From an uncultured Bacteroidaceae bacterium (GTDB taxonomy: Bacteria > Bacteroidota > Bacteroidia > Bacteroidales > JAADGE01): DNA of 64,000 nt. This document shows positions 51,786-62,148 of this stretch, in pieces. Location of the stretch: positions 247 to 64,246 of the forward strand of contig CAYYQW010000013.1 of NCBI GenBank assembly GCA_964472505.1, read 5' to 3'. Under the pieces are notes generated by a model. The model did no database searches. It saw only the letters and a program-made list of their open reading frames with translations, and was not told the origin of the DNA. A program made the position numbers and the translations under genes. Numbering within the stretch: the first letter of the stretch is position 1; each line of letters begins with the position of its first letter.

Positions 51786-51833
51786 CAGGCAAACCATAAG
51801 AAACCCAAAGGCCTGACAAATAAATATAAGCGC

Positions 51834-53288
51834 ATGCGATTCATTAATTATGCAGCGATAATCCGCGTTTTGGGAAGTTTATTACTGATAGAAGCTTTTT
51901 TTCTGCTATTGTCGGGCGGAGTATCATTGGCCTATTCCGAAAGTTCGTATCAATCTTTTTTGCTCTCGGCCTCAGCAGCCCTTATACCCGGAGTTTTGGC
52001 CATCTATTTTACTCGTAATGAAAAACGAGGCATTCATAAGCGCGAAGGCTTTATTATTGTCAGCTCTGTATGGATAATGTTTTCTTTCATAGGCAGTATT
52101 CCTTTTGTGCACAGCAACAGCATCCCCAACTTTACAAATGCATTTTTCGAAACCATGTCCGGCTTCACCACAACCGGATCAACCATTTTAAATACTATTG
52201 ATGAGCTTCCTAAAGGTATTCTCTTTTGGCGAAGCATGATGCAGTGGATGGGCGGAATGGGAATAATTGTTCTGTCACTGGCTATCATGCCCATATTGGG
52301 TATAGGCGGTATGCAACTTTTTGTGGCCGAATCGCCGGGCCCTACCACCGACAAATTACATCCGCGCATAACCGAAGCAGCCAAAAGGCTGTGGGCAATA
52401 TATGTTATTTTTACACTTACGGAAGCCTTGCTTCTTAAAATTGGCGGCATGAGCTGGTACGATGCCGTAAACCACAGTTTCACCACTATGGCAACCGGCG
52501 GTTATTCAACCAAACAAGCCGGTATTGCATACTTTAATTCACCGTTTATTCAGTATGTAATCATTGTATTTATGCTGTTGGGCGGAGTTAACTTTGCGCT
52601 TTCCTATTTTGCATTTAAACTTAAGTTTCGAAAAATACTAAAAAACGAAGAACTTAGATTCTATCTGTTTTTCATTTTTATTTTTACCATTATATCTACA
52701 GCGGTGTTATATACCGGCGGCAATGAAACATTGGAAAAATCATTTCGAGATTCGGCTTTTCAGGTTATTTCCATTATTACAACTACAGGCTATGCAACGG
52801 CCGATTATCTGCTCTGGCCGCCGTTTTTATGGTTACTGATATTTATGCTGATGTTTTTTGGCGGAATGTCCGGCTCAACCGGCGGCGGAATAAAAATTAT
52901 GCGTATTGCCGTATTAATTAAAAACAGCGTATTGGAATTTAAACGCTTAATTCACCCGAATGCAGTTGTTCCCGTGCGCTTTAGTAATAAAGTTTTGAGC
53001 CCGCAAATTGTATCCAATATTTTGGCTTTCATTGTGTTGTACATGAGCATTTTTATACTGGGAACAGCTGTTATGTCGGCCTTTGGCTTAGATTTCATAA
53101 CGGCCATGGGCTCAGTAATTGCAGCGCTTGGAAATGTTGGCCCGAGTATTGGGGATGTTGGCCCGAGCAGTAGTTATGCTCACATTCCTGCCGGCGGCAA
53201 ATGGTTCCTTTCATTTTTAATGCTTATCGGGCGTTTGGAACTTTTTACGGTATTGGTTCTGTTTGCACCTGCTTTTTGGAAAAATTAA
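51834..53288 (+). CDS. trkH: Trk/Ktr potassium uptake membrane subunit
   Basis: 484 aa polytopic protein with selectivity-filter-like repeats (GFTTTGST, MATGGYST, ITTTGYAT). Confidence 0.92.
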   Translation: MRFINYAAIIRVLGSLLLIEAFFLLLSGGVSLAYSESSYQSFLLSASAALIPGVLAIYFTRNEKRGIHKREGFIIVSSVWIMFSFIGSIPFVHSNSIPNFTNAFFETMSGFTTTGSTILNTIDELPKGILFWRSMMQWMGGMGIIVLSLAIMPILGIGGMQLFVAESPGPTTDKLHPRITEAAKRLWAIYVIFTLTEALLLKIGGMSWYDAVNHSFTTMATGGYSTKQAGIAYFNSPFIQYVIIVFMLLGGVNFALSYFAFKLKFRKILKNEELRFYLFFIFIFTIISTAVLYTGGNETLEKSFRDSAFQVISIITTTGYATADYLLWPPFLWLLIFMLMFFGGMSGSTGGGIKIMRIAVLIKNSVLEFKRLIHPNAVVPVRFSNKVLSPQIVSNILAFIVLYMSIFILGTAVMSAFGLDFITAMGSVIAALGNVGPSIGDVGPSSSYAHIPAGGKWFLSFLMLIGRLELFTVLVLFAPAFWKN

Positions 53289-53292
53289 GCTT

Positions 53293-54231
53293 ATGAAAGA
53301 AATTGTCAGCGAACTCAAACTATTTATCCGAAAAGATTTCAATCTGCCGGCTTACGGTTTTACGATTATATTTCTGGCAGTTGTGCTGACACTAAATTTT
53401 CACTATAATTTTGAAAAAACCGTTATCAACAGTTTTTATGCCAAACCAATCGGCTATTTGGTTTATTTTCTCTACTACTATTTGCCTTATATCTTTATTG
53501 TTATTATTACCCTAAGTTTCAAGAAGAGGCTGTATAAAATTCGCCAAAAAGAATTTATCGTAAAAAGCTTTGTATTTATAGCCGTTTTTGCATTTATGAC
53601 CGCTTTTCATCACCATAAAGCTATAGCCGATGCCTATTCCGCTGATTTCAGAGAATATAATTATCTGCTTAAGATATTGGGAAACTTAAAACGCATACTG
53701 CCTTTCATAATCATTTTTGCAGTTGTAAAATATTTTTATGATAAAGAAGACAAGCATTTGTACGGCCTGCAATTTGCCCGAACCAATTATCGTCCGTACT
53801 TTATCATGTTACTTTTGCTAATTCCCCTAATAACTTTTGCTTCTTTTACCGACAGCTTCCAATATGCTTACCCTCGAATGAAACCTTGGCAGTATCCGGA
53901 TGTTTTCGAATTAGAATATTTTGAGAAAATTTTCTTGTTTGAAATGGCTTACGGATTAGATTTTGTCAGCATTGAGCTGATGTTTAGAGGTGCTTTGGTT
54001 ATAGGTATGGCGCGCTGCCTGAAAGAAGATTCCGTTTTGCCCATGGCAGCTTTATATGTGATAATTCATTTTGGGAAACCGCCGCTTGAAGCCATCAGCT
54101 CATTTTTCGGAGGTTTTATTCTTGGAGCCCATTCTTATTATTCCAAACACATTTTGGGCGGAATAATTGTACATATCGGCCTTGCGTGGCTCATGGAATT
54201 TGCAGCCCATCTGCAACATTATTTCGATTGA
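53293..54231 (+). CDS. CPBP (CAAX/Abi) family intramembrane metalloprotease
   Basis: Start taken at MKEIVSE (53293). It is polytopic, with EMAYG..SIELMFRG and later His motifs (VIIHFGK, IVHIGLAW). Confidence 0.7.
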   Translation: MKEIVSELKLFIRKDFNLPAYGFTIIFLAVVLTLNFHYNFEKTVINSFYAKPIGYLVYFLYYYLPYIFIVIITLSFKKRLYKIRQKEFIVKSFVFIAVFAFMTAFHHHKAIADAYSADFREYNYLLKILGNLKRILPFIIIFAVVKYFYDKEDKHLYGLQFARTNYRPYFIMLLLLIPLITFASFTDSFQYAYPRMKPWQYPDVFELEYFEKIFLFEMAYGLDFVSIELMFRGALVIGMARCLKEDSVLPMAALYVIIHFGKPPLEAISSFFGGFILGAHSYYSKHILGGIIVHIGLAWLMEFAAHLQHYFD

Positions 54232-54279
54232 CTTTAGACTACTTAGGCATAATTAATTACTTTTGTAAAAAAAAATAAC

Positions 54280-54981
54280 ATGCGCATTGATATTATATCC
54301 GTCATGCCGGATTTGTTACGCAGCCCGTTTGAACATTCCATCTTAAAACGAGCGCAAGACAAAGGTCTATCCGAAATTCATCTGCATGACTTAAAGGATT
54401 ATGCAAGCAATAAATATCGCCGTGTTGATGATTACCAATACGGAGGCGGTGCCGGTATGGTCATTCAGATAGAGCCGGTTGACAAAATCATAAGCAAACT
54501 TAAGGCCGAACGCAAGTATGATGAGATAATTTATACCAGCCCCGATGGTGAATTATTTAAACAGTCCGCGGCCAACGAGTTGTCTCTGGCCAAAAATATT
54601 ATTATTCTTTGCGGCCACTATAAAGGCATTGACCAACGCATACGGGATGAATTCATTACACGAGAAATTTCAGTAGGCGATTATGTGCTTACAGGCGGCG
54701 AAATTGCTGCTGCCGCCATTGCCGACAGCATAATTCGTTTGATTCCGGGAGTTATTTCCGATGAAACCTCTGCCCTGTCCGATTCGTTTCAGGATAATAT
54801 GCTGGCTCCGCCGGTTTATACCCGTCCGGCGGAATACAAAGGCTTAAAAGTTCCGGAAATACTACTTTCCGGAAACTTTCCAAAAATTGAAGAATGGCGT
54901 ACAGAGAAAGCCCTCAAGAAAACACGCCGCATGCGTCCCGGCTTGCTTTCTGATAAAAATTCCTCCCAAAAACAGGAATAG
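54280..54981 (+). CDS. trmD: tRNA (guanine37-N1)-methyltransferase
   Basis: 233 aa with [19 protein letters not shown] and GDYVLTGGE motifs. Confidence 0.95.
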   Translation: MRIDIISVMPDLLRSPFEHSILKRAQDKGLSEIHLHDLKDYASNKYRRVDDYQYGGGAGMVIQIEPVDKIISKLKAERKYDEIIYTSPDGELFKQSAANELSLAKNIIILCGHYKGIDQRIRDEFITREISVGDYVLTGGEIAAAAIADSIIRLIPGVISDETSALSDSFQDNMLAPPVYTRPAEYKGLKVPEILLSGNFPKIEEWRTEKALKKTRRMRPGLLSDKNSSQKQE

Positions 54982-54985
54982 AAGA

Positions 54986-56131
54986 TTACGCTCCGTACAT
55001 CAATTCCGTGAGGGATTCGTAATCATCATCGCTTAGCTTATAATTACTGCCGCTTACTTTATTGGCTGCCATCAAATCTATTATTTCTTGCTTATGACTG
55101 CGTCCTATTCCAACTTCCGTGAGCTTAAGGGGAGCATTTATTGATTCAAAAAATTCTTCAAATTTGTGAATCATTTCATCAACATCCGATGTACCAAATA
55201 CTAACTCGCCAAGCCTTTGCAAGCGCTCCGGGCGTGTGTTTTTAATATGCTTAAACCATGCGGGATAAGCCACTGAAAGACTGGCTCCGTGGGATGTATC
55301 AAACAAAACAGATAAGTTATGCCCTATGCCGTGCACGCCCCAATCGCCGCCGTTTTTTCCCCAAGCGGTTGTTCCGTTCAGCGCCATGGCAGCCAACATC
55401 ATAATGTTTGCTCGGTATTCGTAGTTTTCAGGTTCTTGCAATACTTTCGGGCCGTAATGCATGGCTTCTTTGATTATTGAAGCAGATATTCTGTCGGCAA
55501 GCGGTGATTCACCAATACCAAAAAAATTCTCCAGAGAATGCGCTATTAAGTCAACCACTCCATAAGTTGTATGTGTAGGCGGAAGGCTGTAAGTGAATTG
55601 CGGATCGAGAAAAGATTCTTTCGGATACATATACTCACAACCATAGCCTACTTTTTCCTTTGTTTCATTATTCTGAATTACGGCAAATTGATTCATTTCA
55701 GTACCCGTTGCGGCTACTGTAAGTACTGCTATCAAAGGTACACCGGCTTTGGGTTTAATTTTTCCTTTGGCAATATCCCATACCGGCTTATTTTCTTTAA
55801 TGCTGACTGCAATATATTTTGCCGAATCAATAACACTGCCGCCGCCAAGCGCTATGATTATGTCAGTTTTGGCTTTTCGTCCGAGTTCAGCGGCTTCATC
55901 GGCATAAGTGCTTTCGGGGTTTGGTTTTATTCCCGAGTATTCGGTAATATTCATACCCGATTTTTCTAATTGATCTTTAATTATATCATAATAACCAAAT
56001 CGTTGAACCGAACCTTTTCCATATAAAAGCAAGACATTTTTACCATAAGCTTTTGCAGATTCTCCCAAAGTGTCGCATACATTTTTGCCGAAATGCAGCT
56101 TTACCGGATTATGTATTGTAAAATTTCTCAT
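54986..56131 (-). CDS. Iron-containing (group III) alcohol dehydrogenase, butanol dehydrogenase/YqhD-like
   Basis: 381 aa with GGGSVIDSAK and the His-rich metal site (HSLENFF, HGIGH). Confidence 0.88.
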   Translation of the reverse strand: MRNFTIHNPVKLHFGKNVCDTLGESAKAYGKNVLLLYGKGSVQRFGYYDIIKDQLEKSGMNITEYSGIKPNPESTYADEAAELGRKAKTDIIIALGGGSVIDSAKYIAVSIKENKPVWDIAKGKIKPKAGVPLIAVLTVAATGTEMNQFAVIQNNETKEKVGYGCEYMYPKESFLDPQFTYSLPPTHTTYGVVDLIAHSLENFFGIGESPLADRISASIIKEAMHYGPKVLQEPENYEYRANIMMLAAMALNGTTAWGKNGGDWGVHGIGHNLSVLFDTSHGASLSVAYPAWFKHIKNTRPERLQRLGELVFGTSDVDEMIHKFEEFFESINAPLKLTEVGIGRSHKQEIIDLMAANKVSGSNYKLSDDDYESLTELMYGA

Positions 56132-56179
56132 TGTATTAATTTTTTAATGTTTTGGAATTACAAGATACAAATAATCAAA

Positions 56180-56516
56180 TTGAATTAGGCATTTTATTAA
56201 TAGTTTTAACTGAAGTCTCGCAGCATAATTTGCTTTAATCAGAGGTCAGATATAAGATATAAGTATTAAGATGTAAGACAATTTTGTAATCGGGCTGCAT
56301 ATAAGAGAGTTTGCAGCGTTTTGTAAGTTCGTCGGCGTGTTATTCAGATATGTTTTTTACAAAATTATTATTATATAAACTCAAACCGGCATTTCGCAGC
56401 ATTCAATTCCCCTATCCTTCCGAAATAATCGGAACAGGCACTTCTCCAAAGGGGAATCCGAAAATAGCCGTTGTGCTGTAATTTTAATATTTGTCGTATT
56501 CATACGCCTAATTCAA
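56180..56516 (+). mobile_element. MITE-like non-autonomous element, copy A (337 bp)
   Basis: The perfect 11-bp TIRs TTGAATTAGGC (56180-56190) and GCCTAATTCAA (56506-56516) are flanked by the identical 8-bp direct repeat TAATCAAA (56172-56179 and 56517-56524). There is no coding ORF inside. Confidence 0.8.
56237..56278 (-). repeat. Heptamer array inside MITE copy A (minus strand: TCTTACA TCTTAAT ACTTATA TCTTATA TCTGACC TCTGATT)
   Basis: 7-nt periodicity read directly. It abuts the conserved box at 56274-56300. Confidence 0.7.
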
Positions 56517-56532
56517 TAATCAAATTTATTAC

Positions 56533-56564
56533 AAAAAAAACCGGAACCTTAAGTACCGGTTTTT
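56533..56564 (-). terminator. Bidirectional-looking terminator after the FGE-family gene
   Basis: Stem AAAACCGG / CCGGTTTT with an 11-nt loop. The A8 run on one side and the T-run on the other give U-tails on both strands. Confidence 0.55.
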
Positions 56565-56590
56565 ATTATTCTTCTTATCTCTGAATCGGA

Positions 56591-57394
56591 TTATTGATTT
56601 CGAACCAATCGAATGCCGGCAAGTCCGTCTTCGCTGGTTGGATCTAAATAAAAACGTTTAGTATTTCTAAGCACATCCGGACGACACATGTAGTTTCCGC
56701 CGCGGCATACTTTATCAATGCCGCTTTCCGGACCTTTGGGATTATCTTCGGGAGATTCTTTGTAGTAGTTCTCATCATACCAATCATAGCACCATTCCAT
56801 AACATTTCCGGTCATGTCGTAAAGTCCCAGTTCATTCGGCTTTTTCTCACCGACCGGGCGTTGTTTGTTGCTGGAATTGGTAATAAACCAAGCTACTTCA
56901 TCGGGTACATTGCTTCCGCTGTAAGCATAAAACTTGGATTTATTCCCGCCTTTGGAAGCATATTCCCATTCAGCCTCAGTAGGTAACCTGAATCCGTTGG
57001 CCGATTGATCAAACTCAACAACAAATCTGTTGCTGTCTCTGGTAATAGTATAGGATTTATCGAGGTTTTGTGTAGTGCTCAGCCAGTTGCAATACATTAC
57101 TGCATCGTACCAATTGACATTAACAACAGCCTGATTATCCTCACCTTTCGGTTCCTTTTTTCCCGTAACTCGGCAAAAGCGGTTGTACTGGGCTATTGTA
57201 ATTTCGTACTTGCTCATATAAAAAGAAGACAGCGTTACTTCATGTTCCGGTCGCTCATCAGAGCTGGAGCTGTAGTCATTTCCCATTCTAAAAGTCCCGC
57301 CTTCCACCAAAAGCATCTCAGGTTTTAAATCGGCTTGAGCCAACGCAAAGCCGGAAAGGAATAGCAAGGCTGACAAAAAAGTAAATAGTTTCAT
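56591..57394 (-). CDS. Formylglycine-generating enzyme (SUMF1/EgtB/PvdO) family protein, secreted
   Basis: 267 aa with a signal peptide and the motifs RLPTEAEWEYA, GNVMEWCYDW and RGGNY. Confidence 0.85.
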   Translation of the reverse strand: MKLFTFLSALLFLSGFALAQADLKPEMLLVEGGTFRMGNDYSSSSDERPEHEVTLSSFYMSKYEITIAQYNRFCRVTGKKEPKGEDNQAVVNVNWYDAVMYCNWLSTTQNLDKSYTITRDSNRFVVEFDQSANGFRLPTEAEWEYASKGGNKSKFYAYSGSNVPDEVAWFITNSSNKQRPVGEKKPNELGLYDMTGNVMEWCYDWYDENYYKESPEDNPKGPESGIDKVCRGGNYMCRPDVLRNTKRFYLDPTSEDGLAGIRLVRNQ

Positions 57395-57517
57395 GGTTTA
57401 AATTTTTATTTCATATTATAATTAGCGTATTCTTCTGATGACTCATACAAATTTAGTGCAAAAACTAATAAATTGTAAAATTTCTTGTTTAATAACGAAA
57501 GTTTTACTCTATTTATT

Positions 57518-58069
57518 TCACTCAAAGTTTTTTTCAGCCTCTGCAAAATTGGGCAAGACGGCATCTTTTTCTGATATAACGGCATCTTTATGATTTATTT
57601 TCCAATCAATAGCCAATTTTGGATCATTAAAAAAGATACCTCGTTCGGCATCTTTTCTGTACTCATTGTCGCATTTGTAAAACAGTAAAGTTTCCTCGCT
57701 CAAAACAGAAAACCCGTGAGCAAAACCTCGAGGTATCAAAAAATGTAAGTTGTTTTCGGAAGAGAGTTCTATGGAATAATGCCGGCCGTATGTTGGAGAT
57801 TTTTTCCGCAAATCCACGGCTACATCCAAAACTTTGCCGCGCAATACCCGAATCAATTTTGCCTGGCTGTATGGTGCAAGCTGATAATGTAATGCTCTGA
57901 CCACATTTTTTTGAGAAAGGGACTGATTATCTTGAATAAAATTATATTCTAAGCCGACTTTGGCGAATTTCTGCTTGTTATAGCTTTCAAAAAAATATCC
58001 GCGTTTATCTTTAAAAATATCGGGTTCAATTACCCAAAGCCCTTCGATGGGAGTTTTCAAAAAGTTCAT
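57518..58069 (-). CDS. rfbC: dTDP-4-dehydrorhamnose 3,5-epimerase
   Basis: 183 aa cupin with the motifs DKRGYFFE, RALHYQ and PRGFAHGF. Confidence 0.93.
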   Translation of the reverse strand: MNFLKTPIEGLWVIEPDIFKDKRGYFFESYNKQKFAKVGLEYNFIQDNQSLSQKNVVRALHYQLAPYSQAKLIRVLRGKVLDVAVDLRKKSPTYGRHYSIELSSENNLHFLIPRGFAHGFSVLSEETLLFYKCDNEYRKDAERGIFFNDPKLAIDWKINHKDAVISEKDAVLPNFAEAEKNFE

Positions 58070-58176
58070 TTCTTAATTATCGGTGAATTAAATTATATGT
58101 CTGTTAATATAATAGTTCGTTATGCTTTTCCAGTATATTGAAAATGAGAACTTTGCCAAAGTTTAACGAGCCATTG

Positions 58177-59064
58177 TTAATAATTAAAGGTTTGAATTTT
58201 GCCTTCTGCAATTTGCATTAAATATTTACCGTAGTTATTATTTTTTAAGTCTTCGGCCAATATTGTAAGCTGTTTGCGGTTAATAAAACCTTTTGAATAG
58301 GCTATTTCTTCGAGGCATGCTATTTTGAGGCCTTGCCGGTATTCAATGGTAGCTATAAAATCAGATGCTTTTAATAAGCTTTCGTGTGTTCCCGTATCAA
58401 GCCATGCCATACCGCGTCCAAGCAGCTCTACTTTTAGTTTTTTCTCATCAAGATATAATCGGTTAAGGTCGGTAATTTCCAATTCTCCTCTTGCGGAAGG
58501 TTTTAGTTTTTTTGCTTTTTCCACAACGGTGTTATCGTAAAAATACAGACCGGTGATTGCGTAATTGGAGCGCGGTTTATCCGGTTTTTCTTCTACCGAT
58601 ATTACCTGCCCTTTTTCATCAAATTCAACTACACCGTATCGCTGCGGATCATTTACATAGTATCCGAAAACAACAGCACCGTCATTAGTTTCTGCAGATT
58701 TTTGCAATGTTTTGCTAAAATCGTGTCCAAAAAACAAGTTATCACCCAAAATAAGTGATACGGAATCATCACCAATAAAATCTTCACCAATCAAAAAGGC
58801 CTGTGCAAGCCCGTCGGGCGACGGTTGTACTGCGTATTGAATATCCATTCCGAGCCGGCTTCCGTCACCAAACAAATCTTCGTACAGTTGTATATCTCTT
58901 GGCGTAGAAATAATCAAAACTTCACGAATACCTGCTATCATAAGGTTTGATAAGGGATAGTAGATCATCGGTTTATCATAAATTGGGATAATTTGTTTTG
59001 AAATGGATTTTGTAATGGGATACAATCGTGTTCCGGATCCGCCGGCGAGTATTATTCCTTTCAT
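58177..59064 (-). CDS. rfbA: Glucose-1-phosphate thymidylyltransferase
   Basis: 295 aa, opening [18 protein letters not shown], with the motif LGDNLFFG. Confidence 0.95.
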   Translation of the reverse strand: MKGIILAGGSGTRLYPITKSISKQIIPIYDKPMIYYPLSNLMIAGIREVLIISTPRDIQLYEDLFGDGSRLGMDIQYAVQPSPDGLAQAFLIGEDFIGDDSVSLILGDNLFFGHDFSKTLQKSAETNDGAVVFGYYVNDPQRYGVVEFDEKGQVISVEEKPDKPRSNYAITGLYFYDNTVVEKAKKLKPSARGELEITDLNRLYLDEKKLKVELLGRGMAWLDTGTHESLLKASDFIATIEYRQGLKIACLEEIAYSKGFINRKQLTILAEDLKNNNYGKYLMQIAEGKIQTFNY

Positions 59065-59075
59065 AAGTTAAATGT

Positions 59076-60026
59076 TTATATTTTATTATTTTGTATTAAT
59101 TCTTCAAAATACTTAATGGTTTTCATTAATCCCTCTTCCAAATGTACTTTGGGCTCCCAGTCTATTACTTTTTTTGCCAAACTGATATCCGGTTTTCTTT
59201 GCATGGGGTCATCTTCGGGTAGTTCTTTGAATATCAGTTTGGATTTTGAACCGATTAAACTAATAATTTTCTCAGCCAATTCCAAAATTGAAAATTCTCC
59301 GGGATTTCCAATATTTATGGGGCCTGTAAAATCATCCGGGGTATTCATGGTGCGTATCATGCCTTCAACTAAATCATCTACATACTGAAAGCTTCGGGTT
59401 TGGTTTCCGCTGCCGTACACAGTAATGTTTTCATTGCTTAATGCCTGCATAATAAAATTGGATACTACCCGCCCGTCGTTCGGATGCATCCGCGGGCCGT
59501 ATGTATTGAAAATACGAACAATTTTAATGCGCACCTTATTTTGTTTATGATAATTGACAAATAAGGTTTCTGCAACTCGCTTTCCTTCATCGTAGCATGC
59601 TCTGGCACCAATAGGGTTTACATGACCCCAGTAGCTTTCTTTTTGCGGATGCTGCTCCGGATCGCCATAGACTTCGCTGGTAGAAGCCTGCAAAATTTTT
59701 GCTTTTTTTCTTTTGGCCAAACCCAACATATTTATGGCTCCGCTTACCGATGTTTTTACGGTTTTTATGGGATTGTGGCTGTAATGTACCGGTGATGCCG
59801 GGCAGGCAAGATTGTATATTTCATCTGCTTCGGCGAAATACGGCATGGTAATATCATGCCTTACTATTTCAAAAAACGGATTTTTTTGTAAATGAACAAT
59901 ATTGCTTTTATTTCCCGTAAAGTAATTATCGACCGATATTACTTCGTGCCCGTCATTCAGCAAGCGTTCGCACAAATGTGATCCTACAAAACCGGCACCG
60001 CCGGTAACTAAAATAGTCTTTTTCAT
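59076..60026 (-). CDS. uxs: UDP-glucuronate decarboxylase (UDP-xylose synthase)
   Basis: 316 aa extended SDR with [12 protein letters not shown] and the catalytic YDEGKR. The length and layout are typical of UXS. Confidence 0.85.
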   Translation of the reverse strand: MKKTILVTGGAGFVGSHLCERLLNDGHEVISVDNYFTGNKSNIVHLQKNPFFEIVRHDITMPYFAEADEIYNLACPASPVHYSHNPIKTVKTSVSGAINMLGLAKRKKAKILQASTSEVYGDPEQHPQKESYWGHVNPIGARACYDEGKRVAETLFVNYHKQNKVRIKIVRIFNTYGPRMHPNDGRVVSNFIMQALSNENITVYGSGNQTRSFQYVDDLVEGMIRTMNTPDDFTGPINIGNPGEFSILELAEKIISLIGSKSKLIFKELPEDDPMQRKPDISLAKKVIDWEPKVHLEEGLMKTIKYFEELIQNNKI

Positions 60027-60177
60027 TCCTGTTTTTTAATAAGCAAATATATCGAACAAACGGCAAGCGATGTCCTAAAGTTGCAAATATAAATAAGTTC
60101 TTTTCTTAGTGCAAAGTTAATCGGCCGTCGGAAAAAGGAATCTAATTTCGCTGCCTCTATGCAGATTTATTCAAAAT

Positions 60178-60221
60178 AAAAAAACTCTCCCTTTCTGAGC
60201 TGTGAAAAGAAGAGTTTTTAA
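60178..60221 (-). terminator. Terminator-like hairpin after ugd
   Basis: Stem AAAACTCT (60181-60188) / AGAGTTTT (60212-60219) with a long loop. On the minus strand it is followed by a U-run (A7 at 60178-60184). Confidence 0.45.
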
Positions 60222-60245
60222 TTAAATTATCAATTTAACAGATAG

Positions 60246-61559
60246 TTATCGCCCGATTCCGAAGTATTCGAAACCATGCTCTGCTACTTCAGCCGGGTCA
60301 TAGATATTGCGTCCGTCGAAGATGACTTTATTTTTCAATAATTTACTCATGACTTTATAATTAAGCACTTTGAATTCGTTCCACTCAGTTACCAGCAACA
60401 ATGCATCGGCATCTACCAAAGCTTCGTTTTTATCTTCGGTATATTTTACCAGATTGCCGATACGCTCTTTCGCTTCATCCATAGCAACCGGGTCGTATGC
60501 ATAAACATCGGCACCAAGATCTTTTAATTGTTGGGCAATAACAATGGCAGGAGCCTCACGCATGTCGTCGGTATTGGGTTTGAAGGAAAGACCCCACATG
60601 GCAATACGTTTTCCTTTCAAATCATTGTTGAAATACTTTTTAAGTTTTTTAACCATTACCGACTTTTGTCGCTCATTGACCGATTCCACTGCCTTAAGAA
60701 TATCCAGAGAATATCCTTTTTCATCGGATGTTCTAATGAGGGCTTTAACATCTTTGGGGAAACAGGAGCCACCGTAACCGGTTCCGGCATATATGAAGTG
60801 ATAGCCAATACGTGAATCGCTGCCTATGCCTTTGCGAACGTTCGTAACATCTGCTCCTACAATTTCGCACAGGTTGGCAATATCATTCATAAAGCTGATT
60901 TTTGTAGCGAGCATGGCATTAGCGGCATATTTAGTCATTTCGGCAGAAGGAATGTCCATGAAAATAACCGGATGCCCGTTCAAAACAAAAGGTTTATACA
61001 AGCGTTTCATTATTTTTATGGCTTGCTCAGATTCGGTTCCGACTACAATTCGGTCGGGTTTCATAAAATCATCAACGGCACTTCCTTCTTTGAGAAACTC
61101 CGGATTGGAAGCAACATCGAAAGTTAAATCAGAACCGCGCTTATCCAACTCATCCTGTATGGCTTTTTTTACTTTTTTGGCCGTTCCTATCGGAACGGTA
61201 CTTTTGGTTACAAATACCATATAATCCTGCATGTGCTTTCCTACATCTTTTGCTACCTGTAAGACATATTGCAAATCGGCACTTCCGTCTTCGTCGGGAG
61301 GAGTTCCAACGGCTGAAAAGACGACTTCGCACTCTTCAAGAGTTTCCTTTACGGAAGTAGTAAATGACAGTCTGCCGTTTTTGATATTCCTTTCAACCAT
61401 AGGCTGTAAGCCGGGCTCCCAAATTGGCAGTTTAGCATTTTTGAGATTTTCTATTTTTTTTTCGTCAACATCGACACAATGGACATGTACGCCGGCTTCT
61501 GCAAAGCAGGTTCCCGTAACTAAACCGACATAACCGGTACCAATTACTGATATTTTCAT
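60246..61559 (-). CDS. ugd: UDP-glucose 6-dehydrogenase
   Basis: 437 aa, opening MKISVIGTGYVGLVTG, with the catalytic Cys in GGSCFPKD. Confidence 0.95.
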   Translation of the reverse strand: MKISVIGTGYVGLVTGTCFAEAGVHVHCVDVDEKKIENLKNAKLPIWEPGLQPMVERNIKNGRLSFTTSVKETLEECEVVFSAVGTPPDEDGSADLQYVLQVAKDVGKHMQDYMVFVTKSTVPIGTAKKVKKAIQDELDKRGSDLTFDVASNPEFLKEGSAVDDFMKPDRIVVGTESEQAIKIMKRLYKPFVLNGHPVIFMDIPSAEMTKYAANAMLATKISFMNDIANLCEIVGADVTNVRKGIGSDSRIGYHFIYAGTGYGGSCFPKDVKALIRTSDEKGYSLDILKAVESVNERQKSVMVKKLKKYFNNDLKGKRIAMWGLSFKPNTDDMREAPAIVIAQQLKDLGADVYAYDPVAMDEAKERIGNLVKYTEDKNEALVDADALLLVTEWNEFKVLNYKVMSKLLKNKVIFDGRNIYDPAEVAEHGFEYFGIGR

Positions 61560-61664
61560 ATTGTATTGATTAAAATGTTTGAAATTTTTTACAAATTAAA
61601 AAATTATTCGGATAACCGCAAAAGACAAATGTCAGCTACACTTAATATTTTGAATAAAAACTAA

Positions 61665-61870
61665 TTGAATTGAGCCCATGAGTTCTGCAAACTCTTATAT
61701 TCCATCCAAGTATTTATCACCGGTACCGCCAAGCTCTGCCTTAAAAAAGCCTTCTTAGAATAAACTTGTCAAAACCGAGTGCGCTTCCGATTGCCGAAAT
61801 AATTATCAGTAAATATACCTAACATTTGGAACTGAAAGAGTTATAAGTATTAGTAATCTGTCTAATTCAA
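61665..61870 (-). mobile_element. MITE-like non-autonomous element, copy B (206 bp, shorter and divergent)
   Basis: The TIRs TTGAATTGAGC (61665-61675) and GTCTAATTCAA (61860-61870) match the copy A TIR at 9 of 11 and 10 of 11 positions. They are flanked by the identical 8-bp direct repeat AAAACTAA (61657-61664 and 61871-61878). The internal block CTGCAAACTCTTATAT is the reverse complement of ATATAAGAG(AG)TTTGCAG in copy A. Confidence 0.75.
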
Positions 61871-62085
61871 AAAACTAAGAAAGCCGCAAGCATGTTATGC
61901 AGCATAAACTAATACTTCCTCGTGTTTGCAAAGCAAAGAATTCGTTTAAAAAATATAATTTCTCATATTGTTGAAAATAAGCATGTTATCCATATATAGA
62001 AAAAAATCGACACTGAGAAGGTAAAAAAATTGCTCTAAAAGCTTAAAAAACAGAGAAATTCAGAGGAATTTCAAAAAGATAATAC

Positions 62086-62093
62086 TATTTTTG
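62086..62093 (+). promoter_or_regulatory. -7 promoter box TATTTTTG for rpsA
   Basis: TAnnTTTG match, 55 nt upstream of the ATG at 62149. Confidence 0.4.
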
Positions 62094-62148
62094 CACCCGC
62101 AATTACAAAAAATAATGTCTAACTTATTAAATTTTAAGGAATTAAATT

